This document shows positions 59,770 to 64,000 of a stretch of 64,000 bases of DNA, one piece after another; the stretch's first letter is position 1; each line of letters opens with the position of its first letter. The DNA comes from the human T2T-CHM13v2.0 reference genome, Homo sapiens, in the NCBI RefSeq assembly GCF_009914755.1, contig NC_060925.1; one strand, written 5' to 3'. The position numbers and the translations under genes are program-made. The notes under the pieces were generated by a model. The model had not been told where the DNA came from. It saw nothing but the letters and a program-made list of their open reading frames with translations, and did no database searches.

Positions 59770-60748
59770 TGTTTTACGTATTTTAAAATATATATTCTCA
59801 GCAACAAAATACTATGGAACTATGTGAACTGGTAATTGAAGCAAGCCAAGAACCAAAGTATAAGCACAATGGAGATGTAGACATGTAGAATTGAACTTCA
59901 GAAGCCAGATGTCTTCTGAATAGAGCCAAGATGGATAGGTCGTGTTCTAAATGCTTCATATAATGTAATGCAGATTTTAAATTGAACCATTTCTAATGGA
60001 ATCTCTCTCATGGGCATTTGACCAATAGAAATAGATAATTGGCAGTAGCTAGTTTCCATTGGTTTGAAAGTTGAAAGTTTGAGGTCATGTTTTTATTTAA
60101 TATATTTCAAAATTTTCTTTTTGTGTGATGTGGTGCAAAAATATCTCTTCAAGTAGACCTTAATAAATTGGAATGTGTAGACCCGATACACAAAATTCTT
60201 TCTGAGTGGTCTGGTAAATGATACAGACTTCCTTATTACCTCAACACTAGAGTCCAGAAAAAGGATAGATGTCCTGTATCCTAAAATTATTCCTCTTCTT
60301 TTGTTTCATTTAACCTCTTTCTTTTCAGTAAAGTTATTAACAGTTCGTTTACTCCAGGCACTTAAAAAAATATGACTTCTTAGGATCTGCCTTTGTCCTC
60401 TCACCTCAGTGATAGGCAAGTTTGATTTGACTAATACACAAAGTGTGACCTAATTATAAAACCCTGATCTTGTTTTCAAGACTAGACCTTTAGTGGCCAT
60501 CATTTTCATAAATGATGATGATTTTCTAAATGTAGAGTTTCTCAAATGTATTTGGATTTTCTTCTATTTTTTCCTACATCTTCTAGTAAACTATGAGGAT
60601 TTGCTTCTTGATTAGCGTATAATGAGTGTGCAAACTAATGTGAATTTCTTAAGTGTAGATAATAGTTTGTTGAATTAATCTGTGTTGTTAAACAACTAAA
60701 TATTCCGGTGGGGGCTTTTTGTTTGTTGGTTTGTTTTTGGTATTGTAG

Positions 60749-61250
60749 CAGCCAAAGGATTACCTGATATGGATTCTTCGATCCTTATACACCACAATGG
60801 AGGTATCCCAGCCAACAAAAAACTCTCCACAACTTTGCCAGAGATAGAATACCGAGAAAAAGGGAAAGAAAAGGACAAGGATGCCAAAAAACACAACCTT
60901 GGAATAAATAACAACAATATTCTACAACCTGTAGACTCTAAAATACAAGAGATTGAGTATATGGAAAACCATATCAATAGTAAAAGATTAAATAATGATC
61001 TTGTGGGAAGTACAGAAAATCTCTTGAAAGAGGACTCATGCACTGCTTCCTCAAAAAATTACAAAAATGCCAGTGGAGTTGTGAACTCTTCACCTCGAAG
61101 TCATAGCGCCACAAATGGGAGCATTCCTTCCTCATCTAGTAAAAATGAGAAGAAGCAGAAATGCACTAGCAAGAGCCCAAGTACACACAAGGACTTAATG
61201 GAAAACTGTATTCCTAATAACCAGCTAAGCAAACCAGACGCACTGGTCAG
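60749..61250 (+). CDS. MACO1: MACO1 exon 6 (gene continues beyond the window)
   Basis: TTGTAG acceptor and GTAAGT donor; 502 nt; AKGLPDMDSSILIHHNGG...SKPDALV. Phases are consistent across exons 1-6 (cumulative 1154 nt). Confidence 0.96.
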
Positions 61251-61845
61251 GTAAGTGCACATGCTGCATCCTTACTAACACTTTCCAGTAAACTTGACAT
61301 ACTCTTGACATACTCCCGTATGGGCCTGTAGGGATTGTTTGTAATCAGATATTGTGACTAGTGACGTGTGGTGTTTTACATGAGTTTGTTGGCCACCTTG
61401 TGTTATTGTGTTGAAGCATTGATTTCAGCTCTTTGCAGTGTTCTGAATAATGAGTGACACTGATTACTTCCCACATGTGACAAATTGACCTGTAACTTGA
61501 TTCTTCTAGTCGTGTTGTAAGGCACTTCTTTGGTCCTTGTCCTTTTCTGTTTGCATGTCCAGAGTTCTCTTGGCGTAAACACAAAAAGAAGAGTTTGTGC
61601 TTGTTCACGCAAATCTCTGTCAAACAGATATACATTGCAGGAGAGGGGTGAGAAAGTTGTCCTTACTACTTTGTGCTTGTTTTGTTTTTCTGTTTGTTTT
61701 TCTGCACTTAGAATATGAATTATCCTAGATAACTCTGGGAAAGTTAGATTTGAAAAGCAATCTCTTTCACAAAAATCCATGGAGAAACAGTGTTAGACAC
61801 AAAGTTTAATTAGGAATGTTGCTTTTCTCATTTTAATTAAAAGAA

Positions 61846-62978
<1,133 letters not shown>

Positions 62979-63334
62979 GACACAAGTTTAGTAATAGCGG
63001 TCAAGCTATTACTAAATGATGGTTTGTGATATTGATTGACTCTACTATCTGATCTGCTTTTAGTAGAGAAGTTCAAGGACCCAGATGGCTAATTGTCCAG
63101 TAAGCTGGAGATGATGACATGGGTCCAGTGCCCCCGTGCCTACACCTAAGGAGTATGCTGCTTCTTGTGGTCACTAATGCATACTCTGCCTTGACCTACA
63201 GTGTCCCAGGTATTACTCTGTTTTGGAGAACTACTTACTATCAAATGACTAATAGACAACATTATATTTAAGTAGGTTTATAAGCTCCCATGGTATTATT
63301 TTCAACTTTTAATGTTATAAAAAATAAGGGGATC

Positions 63335-63740
63335 GATAGACTGGATTAAGAAAATGTGGCACATATACACCATGGAATACTATGCAGCCATAAAAAATGA
63401 AGAGTTCATGTCCTTTGTAGGGACATGGATGAAACTGGAAACCATCATTCTCAGCAAACTATCGCAAGGACAAAAAACCAAACACCACATGTTTTCACTC
63501 ATAGGTGGGAATTGAACAAGGAGAACACATGGACACAGGAAGGGGAACATCACACTCCGGGGACTGTTGTGGGGTGGGGGGAGGGGGGAGGGATAGCATT
63601 AGGAGATACACCTAATACTACATGACGAGTTAATGGGTGCAGCACACCAACATGGCACGTGTATACATATGTAACAAACCTGCACATTGTGCACATGTAC
63701 CCTAAAACTTAAAGTATAATAATAATAAAATAAAATAAAG
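63335..63740 (+). mobile_element. 5'-truncated primate L1 (L1PA3/4-like) 3' end
   Basis: ORF2 C-terminus GACTGGATTAAGAAAATGTGGCACATATACACCATGGAATACTATGCAGCC, the 3'UTR G-tract, and CCTAAAACTTAAAGTATAAT followed by an A-rich tail. Confidence 0.93.
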
Positions 63741-64000
63741 AATACTATGCAAAGAATATAGGTTTTTAAATCACACCTTGGTTGGATCCTGGACCTTCTA
63801 TTTACTGTCTGAGTGGCCTTGGGCATATTATTTGACCCCTCTGATTTCCATTTCTTGGAAAGTTGAGATAAAACTAATAGAATAGTGCTGTTGTTAAGGT
63901 ACAGGCATTCAATAAATGTTGGTTCTCTTCCTTCCCCCCCCTCAAAAAAAAGGGTGATGTAAATATCCAATAATGGGAGAAATTTAAAATAAATTATGGT

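Noticed and set aside
63425-63625. 66-aa ORF in the L1 fragment
   Set aside because: It is an off-frame reading of a 5'-truncated L1 3' end; the element cannot be autonomous.

Overview
Human genomic DNA recognisable as the 1p36.11 RH locus; no prokaryotic-type system is present. The minus strand carries the 5' part of RHCE (coding exons 1-3). The plus strand carries exons 1-6 of MACO1 (macoilin/TMEM57), and a CpG island (~32.3-34.0 kb) lies between the two divergent genes. The RHCE allele is a C-type allele: Cys16, an RHD-like exon 2 (Ile60/Ser68/Ser103) and the 109-bp intron-2 insertion. E/e status cannot be read because exon 5 is outside the window. RHCE intron 3 holds a full-length SDHD retrocopy with an open 159-codon frame, inserted into an old L2 whose RT region is still readable. 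The most striking structure is in RHCE intron 2. One AluJ has received two separate inverted, locally templated insertions, each flanked by a target duplication: an older ~440-bp one and the C-specific 109-bp one. The rest is Alu/MIR/L2/DNA-transposon-rich intron. Repeat family names and most repeat boundaries are by-eye recognitions, not database results.
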